Shown here in pieces: positions 42,799 to 52,700 of a stretch of DNA of 64,000 bases. The translations under genes and the position numbers were made by a program. The notes under the pieces were generated by a model. The model saw only the letters and a list, made by a program, of their open reading frames with translations. It made no database searches and was not told the DNA's origin. Numbering within the stretch: position 1 is the stretch's first letter; every line of letters begins with the position of its first letter. Source of the stretch: Limisphaerales bacterium (GTDB taxonomy: Bacteria; Verrucomicrobiota; Verrucomicrobiia; Limisphaerales; JAJOIW01); NCBI GenBank assembly GCA_965657355.1, contig CBFHOE010000004.1, forward strand, positions 164,186-228,185, read 5' to 3'.

Positions 42799-43745
42799 AG
42801 CAATTCGATAATATTTTAGCACCAATCCTTTGGTTTGGTGAAGAAATGTTCCTGATAATGTTAAAAATGGTCGCTCCCTCACGTAGGGGAGTGGTCCGAC
42901 TGGGACAACATATTTTATTAGAATATACAATAAGGGGTCTTTTAAAAAAACTGTGAAATTCAAAGTAAACCAAAATTTAATTTCGTGGTTAACTTGTTCC
43001 TGGCTTTCTTTTTATAATTAAAAATTCAGACACAAAATTTAAGTGTTCGTTGGCACCGACTAGGCCTTCATTATTTAACAACCCACCAAATGAAAGTTTG
43101 AGATTCGACATATTAGTGGTTTTTATTACAACTATTTTCAATATTCGTGACACTACAGGTGTCAGTGATTATGTCCAAAGCTTTAGGAGTAAAAAAGGGC
43201 CGACCTTATCTTTACGTATACCGAATTTATAAATTGCTGTTATATAGAAGTTTAATCGATATCCGGACAGTTTGACGCCAATCCGTTTGAATTTCTCCAG
43301 CATTTTTGATTCGTCTAAAATATTACTCAATAAAAAAGTATTTAATTTCGAGCTTTATATTTTGATTCCTGAGAGTAAACAACCAAATCATCTGAGTTGA
43401 TAATTGGATTCGCAAATGAAAGATTTCCGTCTTTATTTTTTCACGTGTCTTGCTTTAGCGTTGGCGCTCTTCCACTGTTAGTCCTCCATTAGATGGAATA
43501 AGGAGTTATTATGCAAATCACGGAATAGTAATTATTATCTTGTCACTCAATGATTCAAAATACGAATTCGAAGTGAAACATTCGAAAATGACAAATAGTA
43601 GGGCTGAAAATTCAAAAGAAATGAGAATGAGTGATGTAAGGGTAAGGTCGACCCAGGTAGAAGCTCTTTGCTGGTCTTTTTGAGTAATCAATTGATGCCC
43701 TAAAATATGTTATAAAACTGCTTCTGAATGAAGCACTTGTTCTAT

Positions 43746-44599
43746 TCAAGGCCTTAGCCCAATGCTATTTAAATATTCAGCAACCTCGCGATCGTCATCA
43801 CTTACAAAATCTAGACCCTCTCGATACAGAATACCATCGATGGATTCGGGGTCTTTAGAATCACGTAGAACCTTTAAATCGTCTTCAGAGTAATTTTGAA
43901 CAGGCTTTAGCAAACCATGATCATCCCAACACAGCTTGCCCATGTTAGATCTCGCTCGCATTGCCGCTACTTCTTTCATCAAGACAAGGGTTCGATTCTG
44001 AATCTTCTTTTCTTTCTGAAGCAACGATTTCTTCTCATTTATCTGCTTTTGGTGGTTTCCTGAAAAAAAACATCCCAGACCCAAAATACAGAGAGCAGTG
44101 TCAAAACTAAACCAAATAAATTTATGCTGCATATTTCCGCTATTTCGGACCGTGAAGCTCCTGGCTCAAGCGTACTTTTGTTTGGATTACTAGGATTGAC
44201 ATGGACTTCAATCTCCGAACCCACCCAATATTTTTGCACATATTCAACAGGCGGATCTCCCACTATTTTTACGCGATTTCCCCAATACTCTTTTCCTTCT
44301 TATGTAAAAGAATATCGGATATCTGCGATAATTTTAGTTCTGCTCTTTCCCTCAGCATCATAATAACTTTTGCGTGCTGCTTTTGATTCTTCAATCAGTC
44401 CATCGACAAATGGCCAAGTTTGGCTTTGCCTTATTTCCCAAAGGTCATTTCCATAATAGAATAATAATACTGAACCCCCCGTGAAAAAAACTAATACCTG
44501 AAATATCCAAATACCGAAGTTAATGTATTTAGTAATACCTGATTCAGTTTTAAATGGGGGCGATTTTAATCTCAGATCCGGAAAATTTTTGAAAACCAT
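43746..44599 (-). pseudogene. Disrupted DUF3592-like membrane protein gene
   Basis: TM helix, then SQTWPFVDGLIEES...IRYSFT*EGKEYWG...VHVNPSNPNKSTLEPG and a second TM. In-frame TAA at 44300-44302 and a probable frameshift at the A8 run 44063-44070 that would join ORF 43746-44132. Confidence 0.7.
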
Positions 44600-44960
44600 A
44601 TTTATTTTTGAAATTAAGACTCGAGTCTTTCTACCACCTAGTTTTGTATGGTAATAAAAGATTTTAAGACTTTGTCATTAATTTTTTGCAATATCACTTA
44701 ACAAAATAAGACTCTCATTTTTAGCGTCTATTATAAAAATTGGCGATTTTTTATAATAGGCCGGCGGGCTTTTGATTTTTTACTTTGTTTATTTTGCGTC
44801 AGGAAAAAGGGGAGGCAGTTAACGCTTAATTTTGTAATACCGAAAAGCAAACTCAGCAGATTGTTTTGTTTGTATTAAAAATTTGCTGAGCAAGTTCACA
44901 CATTTCTCAACTGTTGGATCCATTGATGTAGAAGAGTTGTAAAAAGCCATGATATGACAG

Positions 44961-45016
44961 TGGTGCTGACGAGAGGACTTGAACCTCCACCCAATTGCTT
45001 GGACTAGAACCTGAAT
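44961..45016 (-). tRNA. 3' half of tRNA-Leu(CAG), non-functional fragment and probable att site
   Basis: Minus strand reads A-TTCAGGT-TCTAG-T-CCAA(GCAA)TTGG-GT-GGAGG-TTCAAGT-CCTCT-CGTCAGC-A-CCA: CAG anticodon loop, long variable arm, T arm, discriminator A and CCA. The 5' acceptor strand, D arm and 5' anticodon stem are absent. Confidence 0.88.
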
Positions 45017-45030
45017 GAACTGCATACCCT

Positions 45031-45119
45031 ATTACACAAATGTAAATCCCATTGAGCCCGTTGAGGAAAAACGTTTTGTGTAATACTTGTGTAATATAAT
45101 TTGTGTAATTTTATGTAAA
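45031..45119. repeat. Clustered TTGTGTAAT repeats, probable integrase arm-type sites
   Basis: Inverted copy at 45031-45040. Direct copies at 45075-45084, 45086-45095 and 45100-45109. Degenerate copy at 45110-45119. All lie immediately inside the att fragment. Confidence 0.7.
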
Positions 45120-45620
45120 GAAATGCATTTGACCTTTTGGTAAAAGACACAATTACCTCATCAGTTCAACGGTCAGGACAGATTTGATTTCATCTTCTTT
45201 TTTCTGGCTGTTCAACATTTTGACCATTAGAGCTGTTGTCATCTTTCAGTCCATAATCTTGCCCAAACATACCTGCGTCTCTATTGAAGTCTTCAAAAGT
45301 TAACCCTAACACTGGACGCAGTGAATATTTGACGGCTGGGTAAGAGTTTTCATCAATCTCACCCGGAACTACTCCGCGCACTGACCTCACTGTCCATTTT
45401 AAACAAAATTTATAGTCCACGTATCATAATATTTGTTAAGTGCTGCAATCAAAATTCTCAAAAAGCTTGTTTTCGTTGAAATGTTTACAATTTCGATCTG
45501 TTTTTTAAGCTTTTATAAAATTAGTTTCATGAAAAATCACTAGAATATCCTTCACTCTCTGCAGCATAACTTCAGAATCCCCGAATTATAGCGAACAGCT
45601 TAATAAAACTGTTTGGCTAA

Positions 45621-45960
45621 TTACTTAAATATATGGATAACACCTTCATCTGCCTCTCTAAATCGGAAGTAGACTTCCCGAGATCTTGCAGCAGGTATTA
45701 CTGAGTGCGTAGTTAAATTCTGATCTCCTTCCTCTTGAGTCGATACAAAGGTGCTCGATGAATGCGCCTTCAACGTTTTGCTCAGGGCTACTGGTTTTCC
45801 ATATCTCTGCACGAAGACGTAATTGAATCAGTCGGGCGGAGCGGCCCCAATGGTAATTATTGGGTGCAAAGGTATGATGGGAGCCGAATGACACTTGTCG
45901 AAATAGAACCTGACAACGACACTGTGTGTTAGTTCATCGGTGCTTGCAGGATTATGCGTC
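45621..45960 (-). pseudogene. Possible decayed C-terminus of a Verrucomicrobia-type secreted protein
   Basis: Fragment ...STFVSTQEEGDQNLTTHSVIPAARSREVYFRFR resembles the (F/Y)(F/Y)R C-terminal tails of such proteins. Frames are broken upstream. Confidence 0.3.
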
Positions 45961-46143
45961 TCTGTAAGTATGATATCTCAGAAGATGTAGACTTTTCGAG
46001 TTGAACCAATTGCCTTAGGTAAATCCGATTTCGTGATTATTCATCCGTGGGAAATGTTTTACCTAGCACTAGAGGCTCGGGCATCTGCCGTCCTGATGAC
46101 TTTCAATTCACCCGTCGCCGGTAATATGGCAAGTCTTATTATC

Positions 46144-46172
46144 TTGCGACTACTCATATGGTGAGGTAGTGT
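46144..46172 (+). promoter_or_regulatory. Putative sigma70 promoter of the first leader/efflux operon
   Basis: TTGCGA-17 nt-TAGTGT ending 12 nt before GTG 46185. Imperfect dyad ACTACTCA/TGAGGTAGT overlaps the spacer. Confidence 0.5.
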
Positions 46173-46184
46173 GAGAACCTGGTC

Positions 46185-46586
46185 GTGACAATGAAAAACA
46201 TCATCGCATCCATAGTCTGTATCTTGTATCTGGTCTTAGTCGCCGGAAACACTTTCGGACTTGTCTTGTGTATACAAGCAGATGGTGACGTGCAGTTGGA
46301 ACTAGCGAATAGTCGCTCTTGTGATTCCACTTCAGGAGGTGGGGCATCATTACTTAAAGCGGATTGTTGCATTGACGTTTCTTTGGATGCACGGCTGCAG
46401 GAAATTACTTCTCAGAAAACCACTACCAAAGTGGATCATCCAGTTAAGAGTCTACCCGTGGATTTGCACTTTTGCCAGACTCCACTAGTTCCTGTAGATT
46501 CTTACTCCAACTTTCTTATCCGAACATCTCTTCCCCCTCCAAATTCCACACTCTGTGCACTACGCTCACTGATACTTCTCATTTGA
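46185..46586 (+). CDS. Small Cys-rich exported leader protein heading efflux operon 1 (candidate regulatory uORF)
   Basis: Hydrophobic N-terminus, VLCIQADGDVQLE, CCIDV and PPP...LRSLILLI-stop. Motifs are colinear with ORF 53043-53519. Confidence 0.85.
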   Translation: MTMKNIIASIVCILYLVLVAGNTFGLVLCIQADGDVQLELANSRSCDSTSGGGASLLKADCCIDVSLDARLQEITSQKTTTKVDHPVKSLPVDLHFCQTPLVPVDSYSNFLIRTSLPPPNSTLCALRSLILLI

Positions 46587-46588
46587 TT

Positions 46589-46689
46589 CCTATTCTAAGT
46601 TAGTCCGTTCGGAACAGAGCCCTTAGGGGTTTTTGTATAATGCAACATTTCTCGGCGGGTACCGAGGAGCATATTTAACTTAGACTAGG
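46589..46689 (+). promoter_or_regulatory. Structured intergenic RNA whose closing stem sequesters the SD of the tolC-like gene
   Basis: 46589-46603 (CCTATTCTAAGTTAG) pairs with 46675-46689 (TTAACTTAGACTAGG) at 14 of 15 positions and encloses three small hairpins. Confidence 0.75.
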
Positions 46690-46696
46690 TAATGTC

Positions 46697-48052
46697 ATGC
46701 CAATAGCATGTATAAAAAATGTAAAAACGTATATATCGGCGCTGTTAGTAATTTTATGGTTCTCAGGGTGTTCTTCCACCCGTGAAGGCCGTCCCCTACC
46801 AGATTATTCTGTCGGTGAAGTCCCTGATAAACAATCGGGGACGGTCTTAAAGGGAGCACCTGCTAGATTGGTCTCTCAGGAGCCATTCGAATTCAAGGCC
46901 CTCTCTCTTCCTCAGGCCCATTCTCTAGCACAAGTGCATAATCCGCTTATTCGCGCGGCCCAAAGTTCCAAGAACTTAGCGCGCGCCGAAAGGATACAAG
47001 CAGGGTTGTGGAAAAACCCGCAATTGGAAGTGTTTTCTGAGGAAGTCCCCATCAATTCTGGTGGTTTGTCTCAAGCTAATAACATGCTTGGGATAGCTCA
47101 GACGATTCCATTTCCAGGTAAGAAAAAGATGGACCGTGAAATTGCAGATATCGGAGTAAAACAAAGCAATTTTTATTACGAAAGCGTTGCTATACAAGTT
47201 CGGCAAAATGTTGAAATTGCTTATTATCAGGTGTTGGGAGCTGAGAAGCGGCAATCTATAGCAGAAGAGCTTTTGAACGTGGCAAAATCATTAAGTGAAA
47301 CGGCCAATAAACGATTCAATGCAGGAGCCTCAGCTGCTCAGGAGGGAGTTCGGGCAGAAATCGAGTATGAGATGGCCCTAGCTAAGGTTCTCGATATAAA
47401 AAGAGAAGTCGCTGCAGCCAGACGAGCTTTGATGAATGTAATTGGCAAACAGCAGGTCGAGTGGCTTCCACTGACTGACAAAATGCTAATCAAAACAGAC
47501 CCTGTCATTTTAACCAATGCCAAAGCATCAATATTAGATAAACACCCTCGCCTTAGGGCAGCGCTCGCTGCGAAGGAAGGTTCAGACGTAGCAGTAAAAC
47601 GTGCCAAACGGGAACGTTATCCCGATGTCACATTTGGAATTGCTGGTGGGCGAGAGGAGATTGAAGGACAGGAGTTGGTCGAGTTTCGTATTTCACTACC
47701 ACTTCCAATTATCGACAGGGGGCAAGCAAAGATTTCCAAAGCCTTCGCCGAATCTGAAATCGCAGCGGCTCGTTTGACCGCTGTGGAACAGGCGCTTTTA
47801 GGCGAGTTCAATCAACTAAAAATAGGACATCACGCCGCCATGCAAAAGGTAATGGCTTATCGAGAGCGAATATTACCAAAATCTGATGAAGCATTGAGAA
47901 TGGTGCAAATGGGGTTTGAAGAGGGGAAATTTGAATTTATTGACCTATTGGACACACAACGTATGGCTGCCGAAGCTCGCTTGGATTACCAAAAGTCGCT
48001 TCTCGATTTAAACGAAATCCAAGCCCGGTTAAAAGCCCTGATCGGAAAATGA
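46697..48052 (+). CDS. TolC-family outer membrane factor, CzcC-like
   Basis: Lipobox FSGC, HNPLIRAA, AGLWKNPQL, ISLPLPIIDRGQ and GKFEFIDLLDTQR. First structural gene of the RND operon. Confidence 0.92.
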   Translation: MPIACIKNVKTYISALLVILWFSGCSSTREGRPLPDYSVGEVPDKQSGTVLKGAPARLVSQEPFEFKALSLPQAHSLAQVHNPLIRAAQSSKNLARAERIQAGLWKNPQLEVFSEEVPINSGGLSQANNMLGIAQTIPFPGKKKMDREIADIGVKQSNFYYESVAIQVRQNVEIAYYQVLGAEKRQSIAEELLNVAKSLSETANKRFNAGASAAQEGVRAEIEYEMALAKVLDIKREVAAARRALMNVIGKQQVEWLPLTDKMLIKTDPVILTNAKASILDKHPRLRAALAAKEGSDVAVKRAKRERYPDVTFGIAGGREEIEGQELVEFRISLPLPIIDRGQAKISKAFAESEIAAARLTAVEQALLGEFNQLKIGHHAAMQKVMAYRERILPKSDEALRMVQMGFEEGKFEFIDLLDTQRMAAEARLDYQKSLLDLNEIQARLKALIGK

Positions 48053-48093
48053 TAACACCCCACCATCAACAGTAAACGGATGATATAACAAAA

Positions 48094-49746
48094 ATGAAAA
48101 TGCTAATAAGATATACTCAAATTGCTTTATCTGTAGGCATACTGTCTCTGCTGGCAGCGTGCAACCATGAAGTTGAAGAGTCGAATTCCAAGGACGAGGT
48201 TTCACTCGAAAATGAAATAGTCATGGCACAACCAACAAGTAATGAAGCCAATTTAGGACCTCACGGAGTTCCTGAAGAAGAGTGCTACATATGCAATGTG
48301 GAAAAGCGGGAAAAGGGTCGGCTGTGGTGCAAGGAGCACAATCGATACGAAGATAGGTGCTTTATTTGCCATCCAGAGCTTAAGGACAAGAAACGACTTT
48401 GGTGTAAAGAACACTTCCTGTATGAAGATGAGTGCTATTTGTGTCACCCGGATATCAAAGAAAATAAGAGCGCACGCATTGGCGAAGAGGAAGATTCAGG
48501 GAGGCTGTTTTGTAAAGAGCACGGGGTTTATGAAGACGAATGTACAATTTGCCATCCAGAGCTAGCGGAGGCCCATGCAGGAATCAAGTCCCCGGCCTTA
48601 TTTTGTAAAGAGCATCAGGTGTTGGAAGATGAGTGTGGTATTTGCCATCCGGAGTTAGCTGTTAGTGGTGGAAAACCTGTTAAGATTCGCTTTGGGTCTG
48701 AGGAATCAACCAACAAAGCAGGTGTTCAGGTGGGATACCCTGAAGTAGGTAGCATTTCAGATGCAGTGGAAGTTTATGCAGAGCTGACATTCAATCAAAA
48801 TATGCTGGCGCTTATCTCGCTACCGGTGGGAGGGATTATTCATCGGGTCCATGTTGATGTAGGAGAAGTCGTAAAGGAAGGTGGCCTTTTAGTAGAAGTG
48901 TCTTCCATCGAAATAAGTCGTGCCATAGGTGATTACCTCCGAGCTATTGCTGAGGACCAGTGGCGAGAACAATCCGTAGTAAGAGAAAAGAAGTTACGCG
49001 AAGAGAACATTTCATCAGAGAAAGACTTGCAGGCAGCAATTGCATCACATGTGGCAGCCGACGCTACACTACTTCAAGCTCGCCAGCAGTTAAGAACTCT
49101 AGGCTTCACGCCAGAGCAAATTGAGAGACTGGTAAAAGAGAAGAACGACCAGGCAGTTCTGGAAGTGCGAGCGCCATTTGATGGAGAGCTTGTGACAAGG
49201 AACGCCGTTCGTGGTGCTCTAGTAGAGATGGGAAATCCACTTTTTACTTTAGTTGACCGGTCCATCATGTGGGCAATGTTGAACATCCCAGAGAAGGATG
49301 TCATGCGAGTTAAAAAGGGACAGAAAGTGGAAATAGTTCTCGATTCCATGAAGACACGAGTATTCGAAGGAACACTTACTTGGGTCGCATCTGAAGTCGA
49401 TGAACGCACTCGGATGGCAACTGGCCGGGTTGAAATTCCAAACCCGGGTGGCTTGCTTAAGGCTCAAACTTTTGCGCGAGCACGCATCATCGTTAAGAGT
49501 TCCAAACGGTCTGTGATAATACCAATGAGTAGTGTCCAGCAAGTAGAAGGACAACCGTTTGCATTCGTAAAGCTTGAAAATGATTTGTACGAAGCAAGGC
49601 CTGTTACCATTGGGGCTCAGCATCGCAAGAAGTTTGAAATTTTGAGTGGTATTGCGCCTCTCGACCAATTGGTTGTCAAGAATAGCTTTGTGATGAAATC
49701 CCAATTATTGCTGTCTCGTTTAGGAGCAGGTTGTGTTGATGACTAG
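48094..49746 (+). CDS. RND periplasmic adaptor (CzcB-like) with N-terminal Cys/His repeats
   Basis: Lipobox LAAC, 4-5 CKEHx3EDxCxxCHP repeats, lipoyl/hairpin/beta-barrel MFP core (VRAPFDG, VDERTR, PNPGGLLK) and a C-terminal GAGCVDD. Confidence 0.92.
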   Translation: MKMLIRYTQIALSVGILSLLAACNHEVEESNSKDEVSLENEIVMAQPTSNEANLGPHGVPEEECYICNVEKREKGRLWCKEHNRYEDRCFICHPELKDKKRLWCKEHFLYEDECYLCHPDIKENKSARIGEEEDSGRLFCKEHGVYEDECTICHPELAEAHAGIKSPALFCKEHQVLEDECGICHPELAVSGGKPVKIRFGSEESTNKAGVQVGYPEVGSISDAVEVYAELTFNQNMLALISLPVGGIIHRVHVDVGEVVKEGGLLVEVSSIEISRAIGDYLRAIAEDQWREQSVVREKKLREENISSEKDLQAAIASHVAADATLLQARQQLRTLGFTPEQIERLVKEKNDQAVLEVRAPFDGELVTRNAVRGALVEMGNPLFTLVDRSIMWAMLNIPEKDVMRVKKGQKVEIVLDSMKTRVFEGTLTWVASEVDERTRMATGRVEIPNPGGLLKAQTFARARIIVKSSKRSVIIPMSSVQQVEGQPFAFVKLENDLYEARPVTIGAQHRKKFEILSGIAPLDQLVVKNSFVMKSQLLLSRLGAGCVDD

Positions 49747-49788
49747 AGGCTATCCTGAAGAAGGGAGCAATGGAGAAGGTATAAAGAG

Positions 49789-52700
49789 ATGCTAAATTGG
49801 CTAATATCATTTTCGTTAAGAAACCGATTGTTGGTAAGCGTCATTACGATGGTGCTGGTGATTTGTGGGGTAAAGCTCGTATTGGACCTGCCGATTGATG
49901 CCTTTCCGGATACAACTCCGGTTCAAGTGCAAATCAATACCACAGCGCCATCCTTAAACCCTGAGGAAATGGAAGCTCAGATTACCCTTCCGATTGAACT
50001 CTCTATCAGCGGACTTCCTGGATTAGAAAATGTCCGATCGGTTTCCAAGTTTGGTTTATCCCAGGTCGTAGCCACATTTGATGATGACACGAGCATCTTT
50101 TTAGCCCGGCAACTCATTAGCGAGCGGCTTCAGTCTGCGGAGTTGCCTGAGCAGATGGGAAGACCCGAACTAGGGCCTATTTCAACAGGGTTAGGAGAAG
50201 TGTTTCACTATATTCTTCGGTCGGATAATCCAAAGCGAACATTGACGGAACTGAGGGAATTGCACGATTGGGTCGTTAAGCCCGAATTGCGAAAAGTAAG
50301 AGGTACGGCAGAAATCAATTCATGGGGTGGTTATGAGAAACAGTTCCAAGTTGTTGTAGCTCCAGAGAAGCTCATTAAATTTGGACTAACTTTTGAAGAT
50401 CTATTCGAGGCGTTGGAAAAGAACAATCAAAATATCGGCGGAGGGCAAGTAGTTGCAAGCGGAGAGGCATGGTTAGTCCATGGAATAGGTCTTGTGACGA
50501 ATATTGAGGAAATTGGCAACATTGTAATCGCCTCTCATGATGGGACTCCCATAAGAGTTCTGGATGTGGCAGAAGTCCAGATTGGGCACCAAATTCGAAG
50601 AGGGGCTGTTACGGCAGATGGAAAGGGAGAAGTCGTTCTAGGTCTGGGTTTCATGTTGATGGGTGAGAATAGCCATGTTGTTACCCGTGAATTGAAGGAA
50701 AGGCTCAAGGAGGTGCAAAGGGCATTACCTGAAGATGTAATCATTGAAACCGTCTATGACCGTACGGAACTGGTAGACAAGGTAATTGAAACAGTGAGTC
50801 ACAATCTGCTCGCCGGTGCTTTATTGGTTATTGCTATTCTTTTTTTGCTAATAGGCAATTTGCGTGCAGGGCTAATTGTTGCGGCGGTGATTCCTCTTTC
50901 GATGCTATTTGCTGGAAACTATATGTTGCAAGCTGGTATCTCAGCAAGCTTGCTTAGTTTGGGGGCGTTGGATTTTGGGCTAGTCGTCGATGGGGCGGTA
51001 GTGATAGTTGAGAATATCATGCGACGACTCGTGGATACACAAAAGCAATTGGGCCGTGAGTTGAGTAAGGAAGAGCGCTGGAAGATATTCAATGAGGCTC
51101 CGATTGAAGTTGCCCGACCTGTCGCTTTTGGGGTTGGCATCATCATGATTGTTTTCCTTCCGATTCTGACGCTCGAGGGAATCGAAGGAAAACTCTTTCG
51201 CCCGATGGCATTGACAATGGTAGCAGCGCTGTTTGGCTCACTGATTCTGGCATTTACCGTAACACCAGTTCTAGCCAGTATGGTCCTTCCTCGTCGTGTA
51301 AAGGAGAAAGAACCCTGGTCAATTAAATTAGCGCAGCGGATTTACTCGCCAGTTCTTGAGACAGTCTTGCGTTTTCGAAGCTGGGTTATGGGTTCTTCAT
51401 TGGTGATGGTACTTGTGACAATAATTGTGGCGTTTCAATTGGGAGGGGAGTTTCTTCCAAAACTTGGTGAAGGTTCTATCGTAGTGAACGTCGTTCGCTT
51501 GGCTGGCATTTCGATTGAAGAATCGACTAAATATAATATGCGGATTGAGAAGTTGTTGCTTGAGGAATTTCCAGATGAGATTGAACGTGCCTGGAGTCGT
51601 ATAGGTGCAGCGGAAGTTGCTACAGACCCGATGGGCATCGAGTTAACGGATATTTTTCTGGCACTGAAGCCACCGTCGGAGTGGACCAAAGCAAAAACCC
51701 AACAAGAACTGGCGCAGAGGATGGATGAATCGCTTAAAGACCTTCCAGGTTTAAACATGGCTTTTACTCAACCTATCGAGATGCGTATGAATGAAATGGT
51801 GGCAGGTATTCGTTCAGATGTTGGCATCAAAGTTTATGGGGATAGTTTTGAGTCACTCATAGAAGTGTCGGATGATATCCAAAAAGTTCTACTTGAAATT
51901 GAAGGTGCTACTGATGTGTCAGGAGAACAGATTAGCGGCCAACCAGTCATGCAGCTACGAGTTAATCCGGAGTCGATAGCACGTTTTGGGATCTCAACGC
52001 GCGATGTGTTGGATTTAGTCGAAGCAGTAGGCTCTCGAGAGGTTGGCGAGATACGTGAAGGTCAGAGAAGGTTTCCTTTGGTTGTAAGACTGCCTGATGA
52101 TCAACGAAAAGACCCAAAGATGCTGGCACGTGCGCTTATTCCTACTTCAGACGGACCGATACAACCGTTGGAGAGGGTTGCTGACATCAACATGACGGAT
52201 GGTCCTGCGACGATTCAGAGGGAATGGAGTAAAAGACGAATAACCGTGCAGTGTAATGTCCGAGGGCGCGACGTTGGAAGTTTTGTTGTCGAAGCTCAAA
52301 GGAGAATAGACGAAGAAATCGATTTGCCGGAAGGATACACTATTGATTGGGGAGGCCAGTTTGAAAACATGGAACGCGCTAATAATCGCCTGATGATGGT
52401 CGTTCCAATGACGCTTGGGCTAATTTTTATTCTCCTATATATTAGTTTGGGAGCACTTCGAGACGTCTTGATTGTTGCTACTGGTATTCCATTGGGAGCA
52501 GTAGGAGGCGTAGCAGCTTTGGTGCTGTGCGGAATGCCATTAACTGTGAGTGCTGCTATAGGATTCATCGTGCTCAGTGGAATTGCCATTCTCGATGGAT
52601 TGGTATTGGTAAGCTTCATTAAACAACGATTGGAATCAGGTTCTCCATTGGGAACTGCGGTAAAGGAAGGGTGTCAGATTCGATTGCGTCCCGTATTGAT

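Noticed and set aside
42799..42963. Long N-terminal extension of the sialidase-like ORF
   Set aside because: It uses a TTG start and low-complexity AT-rich codons, and it would bury the signal peptide. It is more likely untranslated.
42964..43745. Gene or ncRNA in the 780-bp AT-rich gap
   Set aside because: Only short, stop-riddled frames and no convincing repeat or stem were found. It is probably decayed sequence, and nothing supportable can be called.
45031..45119. CRISPR array or dif site at the TTGTGTAAT repeats
   Set aside because: The repeats are 9-10 bp with 1-4-nt gaps, there are no spacers and no cas genes. TTATGTAAAG resembles a XerD arm but has no matching XerC arm 6 bp away.
44961..45200. 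Intact or intron-split tRNA-Leu
   Set aside because: No 5' half (acceptor strand, D arm) was found nearby. The break lies 5' of the anticodon loop and the adjacent DNA shows arm-like repeats rather than group I intron features.
45190..45420. 76-aa ORF just inside the island end as an excisionase or integrase fragment
   Set aside because: No HTH/AlpA pattern and no tyrosine-recombinase R-H-R-Y motifs are recognisable.
46185..46586. Naming the leader ORFs czcI or cruR
   Set aside because: Position and general design are similar, but they lack the RAPP-like terminus and I cannot show homology without a search.
48253..48657. Calling the adaptor a tetraheme cytochrome c
   Set aside because: The CxxCH motifs are embedded in a longer C-x2-H-x6-C-x2-C pattern, and the first repeat has CxxCN. 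A thiolate metal site is more parsimonious. Heme is kept only as a testable alternative.
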